Source: Ostrea edulis
Lineage: Eukaryota
Direction of reading: 5' to 3'
Assembly (NCBI RefSeq): GCF_947568905.1
Contig: NC_079166.1
Coordinates: forward strand, 18,104,001 to 18,168,000
DNA: 64,000 nucleotides
The notes under the pieces are model-generated. The model did no database searches. It was not told where the DNA came from and saw nothing but the letters and a program-made list of their open reading frames with translations. A program made the position numbers and the translations under genes. This document shows positions 11,917 to 24,397 of this stretch, one piece after another (position 1 is the stretch's first letter; each line of letters starts with the position of its first letter).

Positions 11917-14663
11917 TATTTTGAATTTGAGGATAAACGAACAGTATGATAGTTTAAAAATCTAAACATAGAAACAAAAGTTTTTGTCGGAATTGTTTCA
12001 TTTCTTTTCCCATGAAATTGTAGCATGTGATATTATTTTGGGATAAATGGTAGACAGTAATGTTCCTTTCTCATCTTTGGGAAGGGATGTCAGTTATCCT
12101 AGAACTGCTCTAACATTTAGGTAGTCATGCAAAAGGATGCCCCAAAAGTGGTAAGAAAGTGCTATTATATAAAATATACCGGAATATGATTAAGAATTGA
12201 CATAAGAGATACCCTGGAATAACGTACAATGATGATCTTGAAAACTCTTACTTGCTGACGTTTCAGATTGTCCGTCAGGCTATGTAGGGGATGTTTGTGA
12301 CTTGAAATGCCGGTATCCAAGTTTTTGTACGGACTGTCAGAATAAATGTTTGTGTGAACAGGAGACGTGTGATCCAGCAAATGGATGCCAAGGTGGGAAG
12401 TATTATTATTACAAATATTTATGTATGTTACCTGTGCTTAACAAGGAAATTTATACTTTACAACTTACAAAATGAAAACAAATATTTCTTTAAAAGTAAA
12501 TAGAAATAAAGTATACAATGATGTGATGCAATTTTGGAAGATATTGTCATGGAAGTGGTAACAACACCTGATGCAATGTCCAGGATGACCCATGGTATCT
12601 CCGTGTCACCAAGACATGATGCTGACATTGACACTTCAACTTTTCTATCAAGGACTACAATCTCGCAGAAACGTAAAGAAAACAAAAATAAAATACAATG
12701 CTCGTTTACACAAATGGGCAATCACTTTACTTCGAATCAGCTCAGTATTCAAACTAAATTACAGCAAAATAAAATTACACTGTGATCACACGGAGAATAT
12801 TGTCTGGCGTGTTTTATAATAATTGTTAGATCGTTCTCTGAAAGGTGATTTTGACTATGGATTATTTCTTTTGCTGATCAAGATGTAGGGCTCACAACGA
12901 GTGTGACCCGTTGACAGAAGATATATACTCCTCCTAGGCACCTGATCGCACCTCTTGTATATCCAGGGGTCTATGTTTACACAAGTTTTGATTTTGTATT
13001 TCTGATAGGAGCTATGAGATTTATTACTGTTCGTTATCTTCACGTTTTTATGATATGTGCTACACCGATCCAGATTCAATTCTTTTGTCATCCTCGATAT
13101 GAGAAAGAGATAACTTGCTAGGAAAGAAAGGACATCGTTAGTTTTGAGTGTTCTTCTATTTGGATCTTCTAAACAATCTGGCTGAAATGTGTTGATCTAG
13201 AAAAAACAAAACAAAATAGAAGGTCAACACAACCCTTAAATGTTCAGAACAAATTAACCAAATTCTAAGTTGGTTTGTATATTATTCGAATCATATTGAT
13301 AAGCTTTAAATTTTATTAGAATATTAGTGCTGCTCTGTCAAAATACAAGCGTTAGTATAGTTGTTTGTTTGTGTTTCCATGGATCGTTGTTTTACGGAAA
13401 ACTAAAATCATAAAGAATTTTAAGATTGCAATGTTCAATTTTTTAAAAAAAGAATCGAGATAGCAAATATCCATTTTAAACTACACATTGGGTGAGATTT
13501 TACAAATTAAAAAAAAAAATCATCCATGTACCTTTGAGTTGAATGAAATGTTAGATGTTTGCAATATCAGATAAAAATGGAATTACAAAAAAATCATGAT
13601 TTATTTTTATTTTTGGTAGATTACTGAAAACCCGCTATTGTAAGTACTTTAGACAAGATTTGCACTCTGCCTGTAAACAAAGATGATTAACTATGTATCG
13701 TTTTGTATGCTCTAGCCTCCGATTTTGATGCTTTAGTTTAGTCGGTCATATAATAAAAGAATGTTGTCCATTTACGTAGAAAGTCAATTCAACAAGTGTA
13801 CTGCCCCAAAGTGAGTGAAGTCAGTGATTAAGCTATTCGCGACGGATCACGGAATATTGTTAGATAAATATGAGACGTTGACGATGGAGAGACTGAAATC
13901 ATCCCATGTGTCATAGACTTGACCTGTCAGTTTCCCTTTTGACATCTATTTCAATAAACTATCCAAATATGAAGATGTGAAAGTCGTTGTGGTGTCTTGT
14001 ATTTCGAGTTTACCTGGATATATCGAATCTACGTATGTATGAAAATGAACATTGTGAATAAAAAAAAAACATTGATACATGTAAATCTATATTTTGAGAT
14101 GACAGTAATATCAAACGGTTTTTGTTACTATTATAGAAGCTTTTGAATAAATGCTACCTCTGTTAGAATATAAGAGTAGCTCGACTAATAGAGGAGCACA
14201 ATTCCTGCTTTTGAGGCGTCCACAAGATTGTCGGAAGTGTTGATGACCAACAACCAATATGCATTTATATAAAAATAATTTCAAGAGCTTTACATTCGCT
14301 CCAGGATACTTTAGATTCTCTGTTTTTATTACCAGGCAAAGTAAATATTTCATTTTCGTATCTCCATTCGCAAGAAAAATTAAAACCAGTAGTGAATATA
14401 AAACAATGCACCGTGTGCCTACAGGTTTGCATGAGAATCATGATCACGTAAATGTTTCAGAAACGTCAATACAAAGTCACGCTGCATCAATGCGGGAAAA
14501 TTTGAACGAGAAGGAAAGAGTCATGGTTGTCAGCATTACGAGGCTAGGACTACTGTTTCTTATCTTGACAGCTATTTATATCTGGGTATCTCATCGCATT
14601 CATGTAGAAACAAAGAATCGTGGCAAAGTAATAGAATATTTAGATAAGAACTCTGCAATATGA
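11450..14663 (+). pseudogene. Copy C
   Basis: Exon 1 is broken by (TA)n at ~11503-11557 and exon 3 is frameshifted. Exon 4 (~12268-12393) and the TM exon (14425-14663, tail DKNSAI) are still open. Confidence 0.8.
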
Positions 14664-16284
14664 AGAACGGTTGATCTGTTGTTACAAAGTGCAGTGTATC
14701 TGGACATGGTGTGTAATGTCTGTTTTTGTATTTACCTATGTTTTGTAATTGAGAGACTTTTCATACTTTATTATGTATAATTGTATATGTAATCTGTGAC
14801 TTCTTGGTTTTCTTACTATTTGAAATAATGAAACTATAGAACATAAATACATTTAGAAGTACGGAAAACCTATCTAATTTGTATTATGGTAATATAAAAC
14901 AATGAACACGTTGCAGTTCAAAGCAGCGCATTGTACCATAAATGAAGGTCACTTCGATGTAAACTCTGTAAATTTGGTTTTGTCATGCAATCAAAAGTTG
15001 TTTCAGATGACGTTATAAAATTACGGACGATAACTCATGTCAATACACACTTTTCGATCCCTCAAATGAAAGTTTGATAGCGCCCTGTAAATCACGCCAA
15101 GTTACTTTCGTAAACATTGCCATGAAAATTAATCCATACATTAACAACAGACATTTTTGTGTATAAAATTCAAGTTGTAGAAAAATCACTGTACTTGAAC
15201 TTGAAATGTGGATGTCATATCAGGCGCGTTAAACTACTATTTCTCTCTTAGAACTATATAAGTGTGTATATATGAAAGGTGAAGATGACGAACAGTGACC
15301 AATGCCATAACTTCTATAAGCAATACAAAATAGGAAGTTGGGCAAACATGGGACCCTGGGCACACCAGAGGTAGGATAAGGTGTCTAGGAGGAGTAAACA
15401 TCCCCTATCCGCCGGTCACAACCACCGTGAGTCCTATATCTTGATCAGGTAGTTCATAAAGTTCTGATAATAATGTGTCATTTTGAATTAGGGTTCAATT
15501 GGTTAGGTACACTCAACTTTTTGGAATTGATGTAAAACAAGTTTCCGTTTTCTTGTATTGGACATGTGCAATGAGTTCATTTACAGCATTAACGTTGGTC
15601 ATTAGAAAATAATAGTCAGAGATGCTCTTGCAAATTTGTATCGCAGGGAAACTGTTGGCTTCCATCTTCATTAAGTTCTCCCTGCAGCTGGTTTGTTGGA
15701 ATGAGATTCCGTCTGGTGGGTGAGAAATGACGTTTGTATAATTGTCCTGAATAAATATTGATATCATGTGATATTAAACGGTATGTGAGTACAGTAAAGG
15801 AGTGCGTATGATGATGGTAATGTGTGTATGTAAATGTACTATTGCTAAGACTTTCGTGAGTGTAGAGATGACTCAAAGACTATGTATCATAGTATCGCAT
15901 TTATCCATGTTTGCAGATCTTTCAAATGTTGTAGTGGTTAGAAATGGGATAGCAATCGTGAAAAAATATTTCGTATGTATATAGATGAAAGGTGAAGATA
16001 ACGAAGAGTGATCAATCTCCTAATTCCTATAAGCAATATAAAATAGATAATCGGGCAAACACTGACCCCTGGATACACCAGAGATATCAAAACCACATTA
16101 TCAGTACATGAACGAAGATATTTTGAATGTAATTTTATACAGAACACCAAAACGTATGATATTTAAAATCCCCAAACATATCAATACATACTACAATTTT
16201 GTCGGACGTGTTCGAGGTAAAACGTGAAAAATTTCTTTTCCCCTGAAATTGTAGCCTGTGACATTGAGTATATTGGGATGGATT

Positions 16285-16670
16285 GTGCATCAAAATTGGT
16301 ACCGTATAAGTTTTACATTATGACCCCTGGGTCGAGGCCTCTGCTGGTGGACTGTTAGTCCCCGAGGGTATCTACAGCCCAGTAGCTAAGTACTTCGTTG
16401 CTAACTTGAAAATACGGATGTATATTTAATTGCTGTTATAAAATTTAGAAATTCATTTCAAAATTAAGGATTATCTCCCTCGTGCATAGCTCTTATCCTT
16501 GGACGAATTTGGCTCCACTTGTTTGGCACGCTGTTTTTGGCTATATTTAGATCTTAAACTTCATAGTTATTTCGGATTTCAAACATTTCGGTTGAGCATC
16601 ACTGAAGAGACATTATTTGTCGAAATGCGCATCTGGTGCATCAAAATTGGTACAGTATAAGTTTTACATT
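16285..16670 (+). mobile_element. Full-length retrozyme-like element (351-nt monomer plus ~35-nt terminal direct repeat)
   Basis: gtgcatcaaaattggtac(c/a)gtataagttttacatt at both ends (16285-16319 and 16636-16670). No ORF. Contains a hammerhead. Splits EGF exon 3 at gattgt|acaaag. Confidence 0.85.
16596..16639 (+). ncRNA. Minimal type I hammerhead ribozyme, intact core
   Basis: Helix I GCATCA/TGGTGC; CTGAAGA core; helix II GACA/TGTC; GAA; palindromic helix III ATGCGCAT; AUC cleavage triplet (cut after 16633). Confidence 0.85.
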
Positions 16671-17421
16671 GTACAAAGAAATGTCCCTTCCCCATCTCTG
16701 GAAATGAATGGCAGCTAACCTGCAACTGTTCTAAAATTAGTGTAATCAAGCAAAGGATGCCCAACAAGTGGCAAGAAAGTGTGATTATATAGATATGACG
16801 AACTTAGAGATAACCTGGAATATTGCTTAATGATAATCGTGAAAAAAATTGTTTGTTTACGGTTCAGGTTATATATTTATTTGAATTTTATGATGTTAAT
16901 ATAATTTTTTCTCTATCATACATGTACTAATATATACTTACATATCTGTAAATAAACGTGCTTTACAGTTTACGAATTAAAAATAAACATTCATTTAAAA
17001 GTAAATAGAAATAAGGATACAATGACGTGTTAAAGTACTTCTGGAAGATATTATCAAGAAGGTGGTAACAACACCTGCTCCAGGATGACCCATAGCATTT
17101 CTGTATCACTGAGATATGGTGCTGATGTCCACCGAAGACTTCCTTCGTGAGTGACTTCACCTGTTTTATCTACGACTCCAGATATTCAGAAAAGTATAAA
17201 AGCAAACAAAAATACAACACCTCGTAAATTAACACTGTGTTCATGCAGCGAGATTAATACGTATTATATTGATGCGGATTAAATTATTTTCCTTTGTTCG
17301 ATACAAAAAAAAGACAATTTGCTCAAGAAACATTAATAAGTCGTAAAATAGTTCTTCGTTTTGCATCTTGTAAACAATTTTGCTTAGATGTGTTGCTACG
17401 AAATAGACAGATGACATTGAA

Positions 17422-17794
17422 TGGTACCGTATAAGTTTTACATTATGGCCCCTGGGTCGAGGCCTCTGCTGGTGGATTGTTAGTCCCCGAGGGTCTCTAC
17501 AGCCCAGTAGCTAAGTACTTCGTTACTAGCTTGAAAATACGGATGTATATTTAATTGCTGTTATAAAATTTAAAAATTCATTTCAAAATTAAGGATTATC
17601 TCCCTCATGCATAGCTCTTATCCTTAGGCGAATTTGACTCCACGTTTTTGGCACGCTGTTTCTGGCTATACTAGCTCTAACATTTCATTGTTATTTCGGA
17701 TTTCAAACATTTCGGTTGAGCATCACCGAAGAGACATTATTTGTCGAAATGCGCATCTGGTGCATCAGAATTGGTACCATATAAGTTTTACATT
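17422..17794 (+). mobile_element. Retrozyme-like element copy 3 (350-nt period); hammerhead 17720-17763 with CCGAAGA core mutation
   Basis: Terminal repeat tggtacc(g/a)tataagttttacatt at 17422 and 17772. Absent from the paralogous site at ~52817. Confidence 0.85.
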
Positions 17795-18319
17795 GAAGAT
17801 CGGTCGATACAGCTATCTGATATTAAGAGGAAGTGGTTTACGTTTTTGGTTGGTATACTATTCTTCTCACATTAATGATAAGGTTAAAATAACAAAGGGG
17901 CATATGATTCATGACATTCTGACTCGCGATAGTTGTTATGGGTTATCACGGGACCCTTACCCCTCCTCAGACACTTTACTCCACCTCTGATGTTTCCAAG
18001 GGCCGTTGCTTATTGGACACTAAATTTTGCATTTATAATAGGATTTATGAGATTCAAAACTATTCGTTATCCTCATATTATCCTCCGATCTGAAAGGAAA
18101 TAATTTATGAATATTTTTTTAAATATTTGGTACCATGGATTTCCTGATATAATATGTATCAGAGTGAGTTAGGAAAGTATGAAGGCACAACAAATTGATG
18201 GAGAATAAGTTTCTGTTTCCTTGTTTCATACATGTTACAATCGATTACATTAAAACATAGCATTGATAACTAAGAACTGATAGTCGAGAATGGTCAGGAG
18301 TTGTAACGGAGGAGGTCTG

Positions 18320-21300
18320 TTTGTATCTATGTTGGTCACGTTTTTCCTGCTGCTCGTCAGTGGGAATGATTTGCCATGTGGTGGGTAAGAACTGACATAA
18401 TCGCATAATGATTTTGAATTATTCTATAATACAAAAACAACTGTGGGTAAAGTAAAGGAGTGCATATGATGAAAAGGATTTTCACTTCCGTAATATATTA
18501 TTTCATGTAAATGTGTTATTGCTAAGACATTTTGTAGAGCAGAGAGGACTCCTCGACCATATATCAAAGCATTACATCTAGTCTATCTATGCTTGCAGAT
18601 TTTCCAAATGTTGTAGTGGTTACAAATATTTCCGTATCACTAAGACATAATGCTGATGTTGACAGACGTTTTTCTTCACGAGACACTTCATCCGTTCTAT
18701 CTACCACTCCAGACATGCAAAAAGGTAACGGAAAGAGAATGCCCCATTCACACATATTGGCATAGATTTTACTTCAGATCAGCCTAGTATTCAATCTAAA
18801 TTACAGCAAGGGAAATTTACACCGTGCTTACTCAGAGATGCTGTATGACATGTTATGCCGTTCTGCACACACTGATTTTGACTATGGATTAATCCGTTTA
18901 CCTGATCAAGATATAAGACTCACGGAGGGTATGACCAGTCGACAGGGGATGGTTACTCCTCTTGGGCACTCAAACAATCTTACTTGAATTTGTCGCTCTA
19001 AAATAGAAGAAACAAATAGATGACAATACAGCCTTTTAATGTTTAGAAGATATAGGCTACATTTAAGCTGGTTTGTAAATCATTAACCTTACAGTAATAA
19101 GCTTTTATCTATAGCGGGACATTGGTGCCGCTCTGTTAAAATGCAAGCACTGACGTCTTTGTTTGTCATTGTTTTGTTTCTGTTTCCAATGTTCAATTAT
19201 CTATGCAAAATTAAAGTCCTAAAGAATTTTGAAGTCTGCAATGTTTAAATAATTTACAGAAGAAAGATAGGAAAAATGTCCTGGTCAGACTTTTCATTGA
19301 CTGAGATTGTAGATATTAGAAAATATGAGAAGTATATTTACACCCACATATCTTTGAATTAAATGAAGTATTAGATGTTTTCAATATCAGATAATTTAAT
19401 GTAATTCCCAAAATCATAAAATTGATTATTATTTTTTGGGTCCACCAATGAAAACCCACAGTTGTAATAACTTTAGAGTAGGTATCGAACTCTGCCTGTA
19501 AGCAAAGATAAACAACCAGGTATCGTTTTGTAAGCTCCAGTATTCAGGTTAGATGTTTGAAGATAGTCCCCGTGTACGTTTGAAGTAGGTTTTGTAACAT
19601 AGTGTCTATAAAAAATAGTATACTGCAAGTTGCTGTTTTCATAGACTTAAAATGGCTTACTACACAACAAAATTGTAGTTTTAAAATCAGCACAGAATAT
19701 GAGTTTTAATATCATTCTTATTAAGGCCACGTGACACTTTTAGATGATTATACATTGAAAAAAATATACGAGGTCTCTCAAGACACAATGCACACTTTGA
19801 TCATGCAGCAGCTGAATTATATACAGGCAAGTAATATCAGGTGTGTCAACCCCTTCCACTTTTTCTAGAAAGAGTGTTTTCTGGAATATTTATACGGGAA
19901 TAGTGCCCTTCCCCTTTTTTGACGAAAAGGAATTATATAATAAAAACTGCAATTAAAACTTAACATGGATAAGGGAGAATTACTGATACCCCTTATGTAG
20001 GAAATTCGTAGTCGATTCTTCTTATTCTGTCTTTTTCTTAGTTCGTCTGTCAACATTTTTGAAGTCCTACTCCCCATCTGAAATAACAATACAACATGTC
20101 CAATATATGCTGTCAGTATCCACACGTGTTTTAAAATGTGACATTACTCATTACTCTGATTTCGTACCTACATCTTTGTATCCATCTCTTACATAGCATC
20201 TACTAGGAATCTACATAAACTGCAAGGCAGGGTTTTCCCAGTGTTGTGTGTGTAGCCGATTGAAAAACAACACACCAAATTACATATTAACGCTGAGTCG
20301 TTGTTACGACTGTGTATGTTCCAAACGTTGTTGTACCCGGAAGAGGTAAAAGAGAATGTGAACCAAACACGACTTACATACCTTATTCCCATTTCCTTAT
20401 AGCAGTTATAATATTATCACTGTTCGTTATCTTCCCCCTTTTTCAGAATTCTACAGCCTTAAAAATACAATATTCACTTCATCCCTCGATCTCGATGAAT
20501 ATAGTGCATTTTAAATAGCCAAATCCCTGAACTGACATTAAAATTTCAGTAGTTGTATAGTGCGTGTATGTATTAGCTATATTGTATTCCTACAAATATC
20601 GATGTGTCAAAGTTAAGCTACATTTTAATACACTTGGCGTTTATAGAAACGGTTTGATGAATTAGATTTGAATTTATCTTGCACTGTACTCTGTATAAAC
20701 AATTTACATATCTTATCTGAGTTGTCATAAAATCTCATACGCAATAAAGTCGTTGTGTAAAGGAATTTTGAATAGGAGACATATTTAGTTTGAAATAATG
20801 TTCCTGAAAGGGATGGAATTTATACTCTCTAACGTTAACCAACTTTCAATCATGCGTCAGAAAAAAATCACCAGGGGCACCCTTGTTGTGTTCACTTACA
20901 AATATAACTGAAAGAAGAGTTACGACCGGCGATACGAGAATAAATATAGTCGCGAATCATATCACTAAGTCTCAAAATTAATTCTTCTTAGTTTAAACGA
21001 TACACACAAAAAGACAGACATATTTGGGGTATTCCCGCAGCTATTAATTAGTCTTTATAGAATGAAAATTGAAAATAACGAATAGTGATCATTCTAACAA
21101 ATTCTATAAAAATATAATATTAAAAGTAGGGCAAAGACGGACCCCTGGAAAACAAGAGGAGGGTTCAGGTGCTAAACAGGAATAAGCATTCCCTGTTGAT
21201 CGGTCACACCCGCCTTCAGTCCTTTAACCCAATATTGTAAACGTAGTAATCCGTAGTTAAAATGGGTATGTAAAGAACGGCATAACAATTGGTATGAAAC

Positions 21301-22245
21301 TTGTCTTACAAACCTAACAACTGGGGTGGTATTTTGAAATTACATCACTATAACTAGCATGGAATTTGCAAGAAACTCCTGTAACATCAACTTGTTTACT
21401 AGTAGCTTGCTTTCATTTAAAAAATTCATCATACGCAGAACATGCTCTGGTATATCAACTTAATTCTGAAACATAATGTTTATATACAGGTGATCATGGA
21501 ATATTGCTACATAAATATGAAACTTGACGCTAGAGAAGGTTCAGTAAAATGTTCAGTAAAAGATCCAATATGAAGCAGATGTGGAAGACTCTGTGGTATC
21601 TTTCATTTCGAGTTCAGATGTATATGTCGAATCAACATATGAATTAAATAAATATTGTGAATAAAAAACGTAGATAAATCTAAATATTGAGATGGGAGCC
21701 CCACCAAGAGTTATTTCGTCTTATGGTAGAAGGTTTTAGATAAAATATGTCATTCATGATTGTAAATACAGTAACAAAGTTCGTGGCAATGGAAAGTCCA
21801 ACAGACTTTCGGAAGACTAAATGACCAAAGACCAATATGAATTTACATAAAACAATGTCAAGAGATTTACATTCGCTCCAGGGCACTTTAAATTTTCTGC
21901 TTTTATTCCCAGATTAAACGAATATTTCGTTCTCGTATCTCCATATTTCCCTTCACAAGAAAAATTAAAACCATTATTGAATATAACACAATACACCTCG
22001 TATCTACAGGTTTGCATTATAATCATGACGACATACATGTTTTAGAAATGTCAATGCAAAGTGACGCTGCATCAATGTGGAACAATTTCAACGAGAATGA
22101 AAGAGGTATGATTATCAGCATTACGATGCTAGGACTATTGTTTCTTATCTTAACAGCCATGTACATCTGGGCATCTCATCGACTTCGTGTAGACACAAAT
22201 AATCGAAGGAAAGCAAAAGAAGATTTGGATAACTCTGCAGTATGA
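18320..22245 (+). pseudogene. Copy E
   Basis: Partial exon 1 ending gg|gtaag at ~18383. Exon 2 is fused by deletion to the stalk exon out of frame (~18600-18723). Open TM exon 22010-22245 (tail DLDNSAV). Confidence 0.75.
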
Positions 22246-23103
22246 AAAACGAGTAATTTGTTATAAAGTGCACTGTATCGGGACATGGTGTGTAATGACT
22301 GTATTTGTATTTACCTATGCTTTGTATTTGAAGACTTTTCATGCTTTATTTATGTATAATTCAATATATAAATTGTAGCTTGCTGGTTGTCTTTCAGTTT
22401 ATGCAAACATCGCCTAATCTTTTAACTCAAATTACCTTTATTTTCGCTCTATGATAATTTCTATGTAGATAGCTTTTGAAAGCAGTGTTACTTTTCGAGT
22501 TGACCTAAGACGTTTTGGGTCATTTTAGATATGTAGCATTTAATAAAAGAAATAAGATAATTTTAACTATCAAGCAATCGGAAGTTGTCGCAAATGACGT
22601 TATCAATTACGGGACATAACTCATGTCACTACACAATTATCGATCGTTCAGATGAAAGTTTGATAGCGCCATGTAAATCATGCCATACGAATTTCGTAAA
22701 AATTTCCATGGAAAATAATCCATACGTTAACGACAAATATTTTGTGCATAAGACTCAAGTTGTAGGAAAATAGCTGTACTTTACTTTTAAAAGTGGATGT
22801 CATATCAGGCGCGTTAACACACTCGGCCTTTAAAAAAACCCTCTGATTTAGACGGCGGATGAATTCGGTGATTTCCTTAAAAACGCGTGACGTAACAAAA
22901 AAAACCAACAACATAGCAGCTCCCATGTATGTTTGTTGCCATGAGAAAAAGAGCAAAATAATTAATGTAAGTCATGTATACTAAAAAGGCGGAGTTTTTG
23001 ATTTAAGGGATAACATTCAAAATTTATTCCATTATGGCATTAACTTTAGGCGCGTATGTAGAATTGTTACAAATTGGGGGGGGGGGGGGTTGAAGAGGAA
23101 ATG

Positions 23104-23551
23104 CAGGGGCGGATCCAGGAATTCCTGTTACGGGAGGGGGGGGCGCCACTTTATGAGGTAGGGGGTTGGGGGCTGCCTTGGGGCCCCCAGTGGCTTATGG
23201 GCGAAGTTCTGGCGGGGATCCAGGGGGCGAAGCCCTCGGAAGCTCCTGGATTTTACAGATTTTATAGGGCTTAAAATAAGTCTCATATTTAAGTCATTTT
23301 TACTATATTGTATCATTCCTAATAAGGTGAAATTAGTAAAATGACGCAAATTATTGATTATGACGTCACGGGATATGTAAGATAAATGATATATGAAAGA
23401 TAGAAATATCTTACAAACCTTTCTTTCATAGAATATCTGTATCTTACATACGTAGATATGAGAGAAAATTTGAATTATCATCACCCGATAGAAATGTTGA
23501 CGCACAATTACATAAACAATTCCTATCGCCTAGGATTTTGATAACTCTATA

Positions 23552-23627
<76 letters not shown>

Positions 23628-24268
23628 GGCGAAGTTCTGGTGCGGACCCAGGGGGCGAAGCCCCCGGAAGCTCCTGGATTTTACAGATTTTATAGGGCTT
23701 AAAATAAGTCTCCTATTTAAGTCATTTTTACTATATTCTATCATTCTTAATAAGGTGAAATTAGTAAAATGACGCAAATTTTAAGGGTTTTTGAAACAAA
23801 AATTAAGTTATCCCATTGAAGTAATTCAAGAAATTAAAAATATTTTGTCATTCGTTTCTCCGGGAGTGGGAGAAATTATTGCTTCTTTTATCGTTTAGTA
23901 CAATTATCTAAACAAGATACCACGATTTACCTTAAATCCGCCACTGAAAAGAGAGTTGTTATAACGTACATTAACATAGTTAAACGACAACTTAACAGGA
24001 ATGCTATCAATTTGTATTTTTAAATTCAATTTGGATTAATGTTATTGTATAATTATCAGACGTAGATCTGTCACTCTTGATTTTAAAACGAATCCTGTTT
24101 TTAAATGCATTCCGATTTACTCATAGTAATTGATTTAGAAAAAAGTAAAATGAAATATTACAGATATAAACTATATCAAAGATAATTTAAATTATCATCA
24201 CCTGATAGAAATGTTGACGCACAATTGTATAAACAATTTCCATCGCCTAGGATTTTAATAACTCTATA

Positions 24269-24330
<62 letters not shown>

Positions 24331-24397
24331 TTATCGAATCCAATGGGGGTGTAGTTGCAACCCTCGTAACCCCTTGCCCCCTCTAGATCCGCCACTG
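23104..24397. mobile_element. Non-autonomous element with terminal inverted motif, internal tandem duplications and (CT)n tracts
   Basis: caggggcggatc at 23104 and gatccgccactg ending at 24397 (extra copy ending at 23946). Internal repeats 23199-23345 / 23627-23775 and 23465-23590 / 24190-24320. Confidence 0.6.

Larger units (their letters stand above)
15622..17194 (+). pseudogene. Copy D (TM-less type)
   Basis: Exon 1 15622-15719 is open, exon 2 has TAG, exon 3 is interrupted by a hammerhead element, stalk remnant at ~17030-17194. Confidence 0.8.

Noticed and set aside
16320-16400. HDV-like ribozyme in the GC-rich 5' part of the hammerhead element
   Set aside because: Could not place P1, P3/L3, P1.1 and the catalytic C in the right order; only simple hairpins.
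19800-21000. Intronic segment strongly similar to 54500-55650, suggesting a hidden gene
   Set aside because: No shared open frame or recognisable motif; the similarity is explained by the segmental duplication.
23444-23777. RE-repeat ORFs
   Set aside because: Translation of (CT)n/(GA)n microsatellites.
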